From Thermoplasmata archaeon (lineage in GTDB: Archaea > Thermoplasmatota > Thermoplasmata > Thermoplasmatales > ARK-15): a stretch of 64,000 nucleotides of DNA. The stretch spans positions 543 through 64,542 of the forward strand of contig JBMFSK010000001.1 in the NCBI GenBank assembly GCA_049967595.1, read 5' to 3'. The notes below the pieces were generated by a model. The model ran no database searches, was not told where the DNA came from, and worked only from the letters and a program-made list of their open reading frames with translations. The translations under genes and the position numbers were made by a program. Of the stretch, positions 29,455 to 39,395 are shown one piece after another (positions within the stretch are counted from its first letter, which is position 1; the number at the start of each line of letters is the position of its first letter).

Positions 29455-29803
29455 AATCATTGTTGACACAAATGCATTGATGCTTCCATTCCAGAGCAAG
29501 TTGCATATAGAAGATGAACTGGCAAGATTGCTAGGAAATTACGAGATCATTGTCCCAACAAGCGTGATTATGGAACTTGAGAAGCTCTCAAAAAGAAATA
29601 TGGATGCTCTTGCTGCTTTGAAATATGCTGGAAAATTTCGAAAAATTAAAACAAATCTTTCAGGCGATAATTCCATTCTTGAGCTTGCTTTAAGAAATAA
29701 ATTCATGGTTCTTACGAATGACAGAATCTTAATTGAAAGATTGAAAACCAATGGCATAAGGGTAATAAGACCAAAGGGTGAAAAGAGGTTGGATTTTGCA
29801 TGA
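29444..29803 (+). CDS. PIN-domain protein (Fcf1/COG1412-like small ribonuclease)
   Basis: 'IIVDTNALMLP', 'VPTSVIMELEKL', 'VLTNDRILIERLKTNGIRVI' give the acidic PIN residues D/E/D in the usual order. Confidence 0.65.
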   Translation: MANEIIVDTNALMLPFQSKLHIEDELARLLGNYEIIVPTSVIMELEKLSKRNMDALAALKYAGKFRKIKTNLSGDNSILELALRNKFMVLTNDRILIERLKTNGIRVIRPKGEKRLDFA

Positions 29804-30468
29804 AGAATTGTGAAATATTGTGCTTGCTTAAAAACCTTGCAGAGCTCGGTGCATTAAAGAATTATGTTTTAATTAAAACTGCCTTTTTCGGTAAAATGAT
29901 TGGGGCAAGTCAGCAGACCTCTTCAAGAAAGCTTGCAGAACTTGAAAAATTGGGATACGTTAAAAGAACAATGTCAAAATCCGGCACAAGAATAAAAATA
30001 TCTGAAGATGGGATAAAATTTTTGGAGAATGAGTTAAGGTCAATGAAATCTATTGAAGAGTACTTTTCAATATTAAATTTTACAGGTGAGGTTACAACTG
30101 GCATGGGTGAAGGCTCATACTATATGAGTAGGCCAGGATACCTTGAGCAGTTCCAGAAAATGTTCAATGAAAAACCATATCCAGGTACGTTCAATGTTAT
30201 TGTGGATGATGAAACAATGGATCGCCTTATGTATTTAAAAAATCATGCAAAGAAAAAACTTTCAGGTTTTGTAGAAAATGGAAGAACATTTGGTGATGTT
30301 TACATCCAAAAGGCAAAAATTAATGGTATAGACTCTTATGTGATATTTCCTGAGAGAGGACATTATAAAAACGTGGTTGAAATAATAAGTTCCGTGAACT
30401 TAAGGAAAGCTTTGCATGTGAAAGATAATGATAATGTAAACGTTGAGATTTTTCCAGAGATCATATAA
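29800..30468 (+). CDS. ribK: archaeal CTP-dependent riboflavin kinase fused to N-terminal winged-HTH (RbkR-type bifunctional regulator/kinase)
   Basis: N-terminal 'SQQTSSRKLAELEKLGYVKR' wHTH. C-terminal 'GEVTTGMGEGSYYMSRPGYLEQF...YPGTFNV' archaeal RibK motifs. Confidence 0.85.
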   Translation: MKNCEILCLLKNLAELGALKNYVLIKTAFFGKMIGASQQTSSRKLAELEKLGYVKRTMSKSGTRIKISEDGIKFLENELRSMKSIEEYFSILNFTGEVTTGMGEGSYYMSRPGYLEQFQKMFNEKPYPGTFNVIVDDETMDRLMYLKNHAKKKLSGFVENGRTFGDVYIQKAKINGIDSYVIFPERGHYKNVVEIISSVNLRKALHVKDNDNVNVEIFPEII

Positions 30469-30928
30469 TGTTCTGAATTATTTCTTTGCCTTCCATCTCC
30501 CTTTCACAGTATTTGCATTTTATCCTTATCGGATTTGTTGAAATGACGTAAAATTCTGGAGAAACAGGCTCTTTTGCATTGGAAACGCACGCAGGGTTTG
30601 AGCATTTTACAATGCCTATAACCTCTGAGGGTGGTGTAACAGTATATTTTTCTATAACTTCATAGTTCTTTATTTTATTTACTGTTGCATTAGGAGCTAT
30701 AAGTGCAATTTTTGCTATTTCTTTTGATGCTAGGTATCTATCCTCAATCTTTACTATATCCTTAAATCCCAATTTTCCACTTGATACGTGGATACCAATG
30801 CTTAGCGTAGTTTTAACGTTTTCATCAATTTCAAGTATTTTTAGAACTTTAAGTGCCATCCCAGCAGGTATATGATCTATTACCGTACCGTTTTTTATCT
30901 TTTCAATCTTTAATTCAAAATTCGGCAT
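30461..30928 (-). CDS. pyrI: aspartate carbamoyltransferase regulatory subunit
   Basis: 'IKNGTVIDHIPAG', Zn domain 'CSNPACVSN...CKYCE'. Confidence 0.95.
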   Translation of the reverse strand: MPNFELKIEKIKNGTVIDHIPAGMALKVLKILEIDENVKTTLSIGIHVSSGKLGFKDIVKIEDRYLASKEIAKIALIAPNATVNKIKNYEVIEKYTVTPPSEVIGIVKCSNPACVSNAKEPVSPEFYVISTNPIRIKCKYCEREMEGKEIIQNII

Positions 30929-31864
<936 letters not shown>

Positions 31865-32039
31865 CTATACTTAAATATTTCTTTTGAGAGATTTAAGATT
31901 TAGAGAAACTGCATTACTCGTACTTTCATAAAAAACAAAACAAACTTTTCTATAAAAATTCAGCTAATTAAAGAGGAATATTTTTCAATATTTACTCTAA
32001 ATACAATGATTTTATTAATTTGAAATACATGCCAGATTT

Positions 32040-32897
32040 ATGAACATCGAAGAAACTATTTTGGAGGCAATAAGGACTGCAGAAACTTCCATACCGTATG
32101 ATGTTTTTGAGCACATAAGGATTGCGCATGAAAATGAGACAAATCAGGTTTCTAAATCACAGCTGAATTCCATTCTTGATAATGTTAAATACGCAAAGGA
32201 GAAAAAGTTACCTATTTGCCAGGATACGGGCACCCAGACATTTTTCTTGGATGTAGGTTTTGATTTTCCATATAAGAAAGAGATCGTGAATGCTATTACA
32301 GCATCTGTTGCGAAGGCTACAAATTTGTATTATATCAGGCCTAATGCAGTTGATCCTTTCACCGGCAAGAATCCTGGGAACAATGTGGGTAGATTTATTC
32401 CATACATAAACTGGTTTTTAAGGAATGGAAATGACGCTACAATATATGTTCTTCCAAAAGGTGGTGGATCTGAAAATGCAAGTGCATTGGGTATGCTAAA
32501 ACCAGGAGAGGGGATAAAAGGGATAAAGAAGTTTGTGGTAGAGCAAGTAATAAAAGCAGGTGCAAACCCCTGCCCGCCTACAATAATAGGTCTTGGCATT
32601 GGTGGTGGTTCTGATCTCTCTATGATATTAGCAAAAAGGGCACTTTTAAGACCACTTGGTCAGAGACATGAGGAGAAGAAAGTGGCCGATTTGGAATTAG
32701 AGTTGCTAGACATATTAAACAAAACTGATGTAGGAACAATGGGATGGGGTGGTAAAACATCCGTTCTAGATGTTCATATAGAATATGCATACAGGCATCC
32801 TGCATCCTTGCCCGTAGGACTTGTTGTCCAATGCTGGGCGGATAGAAGAGCAATAATAAAAATTGATTCCAAAGGTAATGTGGAGGTGAAGCAGTAA
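32040..32897 (+). CDS. class I (Fe-S) fumarate hydratase / tartrate dehydratase family, alpha subunit
   Basis: 'LPICQDTGT', 'PKGGGSEN', 'CPPTIIGLGIGG'. Confidence 0.85.
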   Translation: MNIEETILEAIRTAETSIPYDVFEHIRIAHENETNQVSKSQLNSILDNVKYAKEKKLPICQDTGTQTFFLDVGFDFPYKKEIVNAITASVAKATNLYYIRPNAVDPFTGKNPGNNVGRFIPYINWFLRNGNDATIYVLPKGGGSENASALGMLKPGEGIKGIKKFVVEQVIKAGANPCPPTIIGLGIGGGSDLSMILAKRALLRPLGQRHEEKKVADLELELLDILNKTDVGTMGWGGKTSVLDVHIEYAYRHPASLPVGLVVQCWADRRAIIKIDSKGNVEVKQ

Positions 32898-33500
32898 ATG
32901 ATGTACAAATTTAAAATTCCAGAAGATCTAGATAAAATTGAAAATCTGAAGATGGGAGATGTCATATACGTAACTGGAAAAGTATTCACTGCAAGGGATG
33001 AGGCTCACCAGCTTATGCTTGAGCTACATGAAAAAGGTGAAAAGTTGCCTTTTGACCCTTCAAAAATGGTTATGTACCACTGCGGCCCAGTTGTCAAAAA
33101 AGAAGGTATTGAATGGCAGGTGCTAGCAGCAGGCCCAACAACATCATCTAGGATGGATCTTTTTGAAAAAGAGGTTATAAATCTTTACGGCGTGAGAATA
33201 ATAGTTGGAAAGGGGGGAATGGGCGACAATACTTCCGAAGGCCTTAAAAAAGTGAAAGGCATATATGCAACATACACTGGTGGTGCAGGGGCACTAGCTG
33301 CAAAAAGTTTCCATAAAGTAGAAGGTGTGTATTATCTCGAAGAGCTTGGCTCACCTGAAGCAATATGGATTTTCGATGCCATAGATTTCGGTCCGCTCAT
33401 TGTTTCAATTGATCCTCAGGGGAATAACTGGAACAAAATATCAAGGGAGGAGATGGAGAAGAGGAAAAAAGAAATTTTCAAGATAATAGATCAGTTATGA
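32898..33500 (+). CDS. class I fumarate hydratase family, beta subunit
   Basis: 'GDVIYVTGKVFTARDEAH', 'YHCGP', 'IIVGKGGMG'. Abuts the alpha subunit. Confidence 0.85.
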   Translation: MMYKFKIPEDLDKIENLKMGDVIYVTGKVFTARDEAHQLMLELHEKGEKLPFDPSKMVMYHCGPVVKKEGIEWQVLAAGPTTSSRMDLFEKEVINLYGVRIIVGKGGMGDNTSEGLKKVKGIYATYTGGAGALAAKSFHKVEGVYYLEELGSPEAIWIFDAIDFGPLIVSIDPQGNNWNKISREEMEKRKKEIFKIIDQL

Positions 33501-34705
33501 TAGTAATTGAAAATGCTTCAGAAATTTTAACCATACCAAATAATGGAAAGTATCCAAAGAAAGGACTTGAGATGCGGGATTTAGGGGTAGTTAAGAATGC
33601 AAATGTATGGTTGGAAAATGGGAAAGTAAAAAAAATATCAAAAGAATTACCTGAAAAAATTGATAAAAGAATTGACGCATCTGGAAAGATAGTAATGCCT
33701 GCATTCGTTGATCCCCATACACATCTAGTATTTTCCGGTTACAGGGACTTTGAATTACCGATGAAATTGCAGGGCAAAAGTTATCTGGATATCCAAAATG
33801 CTGGCGGGGGAATTTATTACACCGTAAAAAAAACGAGAAATGCATCTGAAAGCGAGCTTTTCCAAGAATCATCAAAAAGGGTAGAGTACATGATCAAAAA
33901 TGGTACCCTTGCAATAGAAGCAAAGTCAGGTTACGGTATAGACATCAAGAATGAAATAAAGATTCTTAAGGTGATCAGAAAACTCGCTAAATATTACAGA
34001 ATTGACATCCTGCCTACCTTTCTTCTGCACATTGTACCAAAAGGCATGGAAGAAGAAAAATTTGTAAATGAGATAATAAATAACCTAGATGAAATAAAAA
34101 AATATTCGAACACTGTTGATGTTTTCTGTGACAAAGGTGCTTTTTCAAAAGAATGGACTGAAATATTTCTAAAAAAAGCTATTGAAAAGGATTTCATACT
34201 AAAAATGCATGCAGATGAACTGGAATACATAGGATGCAGTTCTTTAATAAAAAAATTTGATTTCATTTCAATGGATCATCTTTTGAAAACCCCGGATGAA
34301 ACTATGAAATACATGAGCGAAAAAAATACTGTTGCTGTTCTTTTGCCAGGAACAGCATATGTGTTATTTCAGGATAATTATGCAAATGCAAGAAAATTCA
34401 TTGAAAACAATGTCCCAGTAGCTATAGGTACTGACCTCAATCCAAACTGCTATACAGAGAGCATGCAAGAAATAATCTCTCTATCGATTTACAAAATGAG
34501 AATGTCGGTGGAAGAGGCAATTGTAGCAGCCACATATAATGCAGCATTTGCAATAGGTATGCAGGACAAATTCGGATCAATAGAACCCGGAAAAGATGCT
34601 AACCTGATAATTATGGATGTAAAATCCTATACCCATATAGGTTATCATTTTGGTGTAAATTTCGTTTCTGATGTACTGAGAAAAGGCAAAAAAATTATTT
34701 TTTAG
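33497..34705 (+). CDS. hutI: imidazolonepropionase
   Basis: 'VDPHTHLVFSGYRDFE', 'GKSYLDIQNAGGGIYYTV', 'MHADE', 'GTDLNPN'. Confidence 0.85.
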   Translation: MIVIENASEILTIPNNGKYPKKGLEMRDLGVVKNANVWLENGKVKKISKELPEKIDKRIDASGKIVMPAFVDPHTHLVFSGYRDFELPMKLQGKSYLDIQNAGGGIYYTVKKTRNASESELFQESSKRVEYMIKNGTLAIEAKSGYGIDIKNEIKILKVIRKLAKYYRIDILPTFLLHIVPKGMEEEKFVNEIINNLDEIKKYSNTVDVFCDKGAFSKEWTEIFLKKAIEKDFILKMHADELEYIGCSSLIKKFDFISMDHLLKTPDETMKYMSEKNTVAVLLPGTAYVLFQDNYANARKFIENNVPVAIGTDLNPNCYTESMQEIISLSIYKMRMSVEEAIVAATYNAAFAIGMQDKFGSIEPGKDANLIIMDVKSYTHIGYHFGVNFVSDVLRKGKKIIF

Positions 34706-34707
34706 AT

Positions 34708-35553
34708 TTATTTATATTTGTAAAAGCCTTCACCTGATTTTCTCCCAAGCTTTCCTGATGCAACCATTCTCTTAAGTAATGGTGATGGAGCGTATTTCTG
34801 ATCACCAAAGTCCATGTAAAGTACATTCATGATATCCAAACAAACATCCAGGCCTATAAGATCTGCAAGTTCCAATGGCCCCATTGGATGGTTCAACCCG
34901 AATTTTGCCACACTATCTATGTCCTCTTTTGTAGCTACACCCTCCATAAGAGCATTTACTGCTTCGTTGATCAGAGGCATAAGTATTCTGTTGGCAACAA
35001 AACCCGGATAATCCTGGACCTTTATAGGTATTTTTCCAAGTGATTTTGCGAGTCCATATACGAAATCGACGGTTTTGTCATCAGTCCTTTCACCTTTAAC
35101 TATTTCTACCAATTTCATTAGAGGTACAGGATTGAAAAAATGCAAGCCTACAAATTTCTCCTGCCTTTTTGTAACACTTGCAAGCCTTGTGATAGATATT
35201 GATGATGTATTACTTGCAAAAATTACATTCTTGTCGAGAATTGCATCCAATTTTTTAAATAGATCTGCTTTCATTTCAAACTTTTCAACTATTGCCTCAA
35301 CAATAAGGTCTGAATCTCTTGCATCTTCGATATCTATAGATGTTCTTATTCTTACCAATATTTTTTCAGGCTCCTCTGATATCTGGTTCTTTTCTTTTAG
35401 CTTAAAAAGGCTAGTTCTTATGCCATTAATTCCGGTATCTATAAACCTCTGTTCGACATCTATAAGAAGAACACTTTGCCCATATGTTGCAAATACTTGC
35501 GCAATTCCACGACCCATTGTACCAGCACCAAAAACTGTTACTCTCATTTTCAT
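34708..35553 (-). CDS. hbd: 3-hydroxyacyl/3-hydroxybutyryl-CoA dehydrogenase
   Basis: 'VTVFGAGTMGRGIAQVFA', 'NTSSISIT', 'HFFNPVPLMKLVE', 'GFVANR'. Confidence 0.9.
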   Translation of the reverse strand: MKMRVTVFGAGTMGRGIAQVFATYGQSVLLIDVEQRFIDTGINGIRTSLFKLKEKNQISEEPEKILVRIRTSIDIEDARDSDLIVEAIVEKFEMKADLFKKLDAILDKNVIFASNTSSISITRLASVTKRQEKFVGLHFFNPVPLMKLVEIVKGERTDDKTVDFVYGLAKSLGKIPIKVQDYPGFVANRILMPLINEAVNALMEGVATKEDIDSVAKFGLNHPMGPLELADLIGLDVCLDIMNVLYMDFGDQKYAPSPLLKRMVASGKLGRKSGEGFYKYK

Positions 35554-36744
35554 TCACCTCATGTTTTCAATGAGCACGCTTACAGCGTTGCCTCCCCCAA
35601 GGCATATTGTGGCTATTCCATATCTGCCTTTCCTTTCAATTAATGCATATAAAAGTGTAGTGAGCACTCTAGCGCCACTTGCTCCTATAGGATGACCAAG
35701 TGCCACGGCACCACCATGAATATTAAATATATTATCAGGCACATTCAATGCCTTTTTTACGGCCAAACTAGCAGAAGCATAAGCTTCATTGTGTTCAAAA
35801 ACATCAATATCTTTTATAGATAAACCTGTCTTTTGAAGAAGTGCTTTTACCCCCGGTACAGGTGCTTCCATAACATAAAGAGGATCAACACCAGATGTAT
35901 TGTACGAGATTATCCTTGCCATTGGCTCTAAATCGAGTTCCTTCATCCTCCTTTCACTCATCACAACAACAGCTGCGCCACCATCACTGAGCTGAGAGGC
36001 ATTTCCTGCTGTCACATACTTTCCATCCTTAAGAGCGGGTTTCAATTTTGCAAGCTTATCTGGAGTAGTGTCTGGTCTTATTCCTTCATCCTTATCAACT
36101 ATACCAGTATCTGTCTTAACCGGTACGATCTCCTTTGAAAATGTACCGTCTAAAGTTGCTTTATGTGCTTTCATATGGCTTTCATATGCAAACAGGTCAA
36201 TTTCCTCCCTTGTTAAATTATATTTTTCTGATATTACTTCTCCTGTTTTGATCATGTGAACATTGTAATAAGCATCCCAAAGTCCATCCATTATCATTTC
36301 ATCGTAGAGAGTGGTATTATCGTACTTCAGACCAAACCTTGCACCTCTCATATAATAAGGTGCCTGGCTCATATTTTCCATACCACCAGCTACAACGATA
36401 TCCTGATCACCTGCCCTTATAGATTGTGCAGCCAGCATAACGGCCTTTAATCCTGAACCGCATACCTTGTTTAATGTAAATGCAGGAATGGTATTGGGTA
36501 AATTTGCATTTAAAGCAACCTGTCTCGCAGGATTCTGACCAAGACCACACTGAAGAACATTTCCCATTATGACTTCGTCCACATCATTGGTGGAAATGTT
36601 TGCTCTCTTTAATGCCTCAATTACAGCAATCTTTCCAAGATCCTGCGCGGAAACATTCAAAAAAGCTTTACCATATTTACCAACAGGTGTTCTGGCAGCA
36701 GAAACAACATAAGCATCCATGTTTTCCGGAAAGGTTTCAATCAT
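35554..36744 (-). CDS. acetyl-CoA C-acetyltransferase (thiolase II)
   Basis: 'NKVCGSGLKAV' active Cys, 'NIHGGAVALGHPIGASGAR', 'CLGGGNA'. The longest ORF (to 36822) overlaps the valS start; inner Mets at 36744 or 36720 ('MDAYVVSAART') are more plausible starts. Confidence 0.9.
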   Translation of the reverse strand: MIETFPENMDAYVVSAARTPVGKYGKAFLNVSAQDLGKIAVIEALKRANISTNDVDEVIMGNVLQCGLGQNPARQVALNANLPNTIPAFTLNKVCGSGLKAVMLAAQSIRAGDQDIVVAGGMENMSQAPYYMRGARFGLKYDNTTLYDEMIMDGLWDAYYNVHMIKTGEVISEKYNLTREEIDLFAYESHMKAHKATLDGTFSKEIVPVKTDTGIVDKDEGIRPDTTPDKLAKLKPALKDGKYVTAGNASQLSDGGAAVVVMSERRMKELDLEPMARIISYNTSGVDPLYVMEAPVPGVKALLQKTGLSIKDIDVFEHNEAYASASLAVKKALNVPDNIFNIHGGAVALGHPIGASGARVLTTLLYALIERKGRYGIATICLGGGNAVSVLIENMR

Positions 36745-36783
36745 TAAAAAAGTTTTTATTGTATCTTCCAATTTAGTTCTATA

Positions 36784-39366
36784 ATGAATTACGAACCTAA
36801 GGAAATAGAGAGCAAATGGCAAGAATTTTGGTCTAAGGAGAAAATTTACAGATACGATTTTTTTTCTAACAAGGAAACATATTCTATAGACAATCCTCCC
36901 AGATATGCAAGCGGTGCATTACATCTTGGTCACGCAACACATTATACACATATTGATATAATTGCAAGATATAAAAGAATGTTAGGCTATAATGTGTTTT
37001 TCCCTTTGTGCTTTGATGTGAATGGTATGCCTATAGAGGTAAATGTAGAAAAGGAGAAAAATGTAAAAATGAGAGATGTGGATAGACACACATTTATAAA
37101 ATGGTGTGAAGAATTTGCACATTCAAAGATAGAAACTATGGAGATGCAGTTCCGAATACTTGGTGAATCCATGGACCCATCCATTTATTATCAGACAGAT
37201 TCACCTGAATACAGGAGGGTTACACAGTTAACATTTCTAGATATGGCGGAAAAGGGCCTTGTTTATCGAGGCTTTCATCCAGTCAACTGGTGTCCAAGGT
37301 GCGGTACTGCAATAGCAGAATCTGAAATAGAATATGTAGAGAAAAAAACTAAACTTTATTATATTGAATTTGACCTTGAAAATAGTGAGAAAGTTACAAT
37401 TGCAACGACGAGACCTGAATTGATACCTGCTTGTTTATTCTTATCATATAATGAGAACGATAAAAGATATGCAAAACTTAAAGGAAAAAATGCCATCATT
37501 CCTATTTTTGGTAAAAAAGTACCTATAATTTCGGATGATTCAATAGACATGAATTTTGGTACGGGGATAGAAATGGTCTGTTCTATTGGGGACAAAAATG
37601 ACTTGAAACTTATAAAGAAGCATGGCTTTGATATTATAAAAAGCATTAACGAAGAAGGTAAGTTGACAACCATAGCAGGAAAATATTCCAACTTATACTA
37701 TGAAGATGCCAGAAAAAAAATAATAGAGGATCTTGAAAATGAACACAGGATTTTAAAGATAGATGAAATTGATCATAATGTTGGAACCTGCTGGAGATGC
37801 GGCACTCCGCTTGAAATAATAAACAAAGAACAATGGTTTATAAAAACGTTGGACCTTAAGGATGAAATATTAAAGAGCATTAACAACATTAAATGGTACC
37901 CTGATTTTATGAAAATAAGGCTTGAGGACTGGACAAAAAATTTGGAATGGGATTGGGTTGTTTCAAGGCAGAGATATTTTGCTACGCCAATACCAGCTTG
38001 GATTTGCAGGAATGGTCATACAGTATATCCAAAAAAGCAAGATCTTTTGAATAGGATGGATTACATTGACCCAACAAGAGAAAGTCCACCAGTTAAAAAA
38101 TGTCCAGTATGCGGTTCAGAACTTAAAGGGGTGGAAGACGTATTTGATACATGGGTTGATTCTTCAATTTCACCTCTTTACAATGCTTTTCTGTATCGTG
38201 ATGGTAAAAAATTCAAAAAATTATATCCTATGAGCTTAAGGCCTCAGGCGCACGATATCATCAGAACATGGGCATTCTACTCATTGCTTAGATGCAAAGT
38301 AATTACAGGTGAGGAACCCTGGCAGAATATTTTCATAGATGGGCATATTCTTGCTGAAGATGGAAGACCTATGCATGCATCCTGGGGTAATGTTGTAGAT
38401 CCATTGAAGATAATAGAAGAATATGGAACAGATGCATTCAGGTATTTCACAGCCACGTGCATGCCAGGTGAAGATACACCTTTCAGAAAAAGGGAGATTA
38501 TCCATGGCAGAAAACTTTTGACTAAGCTCTGGAATGTAACTAATTTTATGGAGATCAATGTTGAATCAAAAGTTGAATCTAGTCCACTGGATATTATTGA
38601 TAAATGGATAATTTCTGAATTTTCCCTAACTGTTAAAAATGTAACATTTTATATGAATGAGTACAGATTTGATAGGGCTATTAAGGAGATTGATGAGTTT
38701 TTCTGGCATGTATTTGCTGACCACTACTTAGAAATGGTAAAATTCAAAGTAAAAACGGACGCAAATACCAAGGCAACCCTTTACAGAATATTTTTGGGTG
38801 TTGTTAAGCTCTATGCTCCTTTTATTCCACACATTACGGAAGAAATATATCAAAGGATATTTTCAAAGCATGAGAGAAAAATTTCAATACATCTGGAAAA
38901 ATGGCCTGAGCCATATAGTATAGAATTTCTTGAAGAGGGTAGAAGGATAAGAGATTTAATAGCAACAATAAGAAGATGGAAGATAGAGCACAGGAGAAAT
39001 TCTATAAAAAAAGTAACTGTCATAACAGATAGAAAAGAGATTTTTGAATTTGCAAGGGATGTTATCATAAATTCCTTAAAAATTGAGGATCTTGAATTTG
39101 CAAACCAAGCCAACATATATGAAAAAATTTTAAAGTCAAATCCTGATTTATCAAAACTGGGCCCATTATTGAAAAATGATATTCAAGAGTTCATTGAAAA
39201 AATTTCACTCATGAACCCCGAAGATTTAAGGAACGGAATTGAATTCAAGGGAAGATACATAGGCCCAGAGAATTTCAAGTTCGAGAAGGCCACAATATTT
39301 GAAGGCGAAAATGTGTATTTTCTGAATGCTGGAAGGGATGAAGTGATCATTCATAACAATATTTAA
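36784..39366 (+). CDS. valS: valyl-tRNA synthetase-like class Ia aaRS with non-canonical KMSKS loop
   Basis: 'PPRYASGALHLGH' (HIGH), CP1 'TTRPELIP...GTGIEMV', 'DWVVSRQRYFATPIPAW', 'DTWVDSS'. The KMSKS position reads 'GRPMHASWGN'. Confidence 0.85.
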   Translation: MNYEPKEIESKWQEFWSKEKIYRYDFFSNKETYSIDNPPRYASGALHLGHATHYTHIDIIARYKRMLGYNVFFPLCFDVNGMPIEVNVEKEKNVKMRDVDRHTFIKWCEEFAHSKIETMEMQFRILGESMDPSIYYQTDSPEYRRVTQLTFLDMAEKGLVYRGFHPVNWCPRCGTAIAESEIEYVEKKTKLYYIEFDLENSEKVTIATTRPELIPACLFLSYNENDKRYAKLKGKNAIIPIFGKKVPIISDDSIDMNFGTGIEMVCSIGDKNDLKLIKKHGFDIIKSINEEGKLTTIAGKYSNLYYEDARKKIIEDLENEHRILKIDEIDHNVGTCWRCGTPLEIINKEQWFIKTLDLKDEILKSINNIKWYPDFMKIRLEDWTKNLEWDWVVSRQRYFATPIPAWICRNGHTVYPKKQDLLNRMDYIDPTRESPPVKKCPVCGSELKGVEDVFDTWVDSSISPLYNAFLYRDGKKFKKLYPMSLRPQAHDIIRTWAFYSLLRCKVITGEEPWQNIFIDGHILAEDGRPMHASWGNVVDPLKIIEEYGTDAFRYFTATCMPGEDTPFRKREIIHGRKLLTKLWNVTNFMEINVESKVESSPLDIIDKWIISEFSLTVKNVTFYMNEYRFDRAIKEIDEFFWHVFADHYLEMVKFKVKTDANTKATLYRIFLGVVKLYAPFIPHITEEIYQRIFSKHERKISIHLEKWPEPYSIEFLEEGRRIRDLIATIRRWKIEHRRNSIKKVTVITDRKEIFEFARDVIINSLKIEDLEFANQANIYEKILKSNPDLSKLGPLLKNDIQEFIEKISLMNPEDLRNGIEFKGRYIGPENFKFEKATIFEGENVYFLNAGRDEVIIHNNI

Positions 39367-39395
39367 ATAGTCGTTTAATACTTAATAAAAATGAG

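Noticed and set aside
35075-35695. 206-aa ORF on the plus strand
   Set aside because: It is entirely antisense to the strongly supported hbd and thiolase genes. Its low-complexity Ser/Ile/Leu-rich translation is typical of the reverse frame of AT-rich coding DNA.
36745-36822. N-terminal extension of the thiolase ORF (MPFALYFLRFVIHYRT...)
   Set aside because: It overlaps the valS start at 36784 on the other strand. Thiolases normally begin close to the 'VVSAART' motif, so the inner Mets at 36744 or 36720 are preferred.
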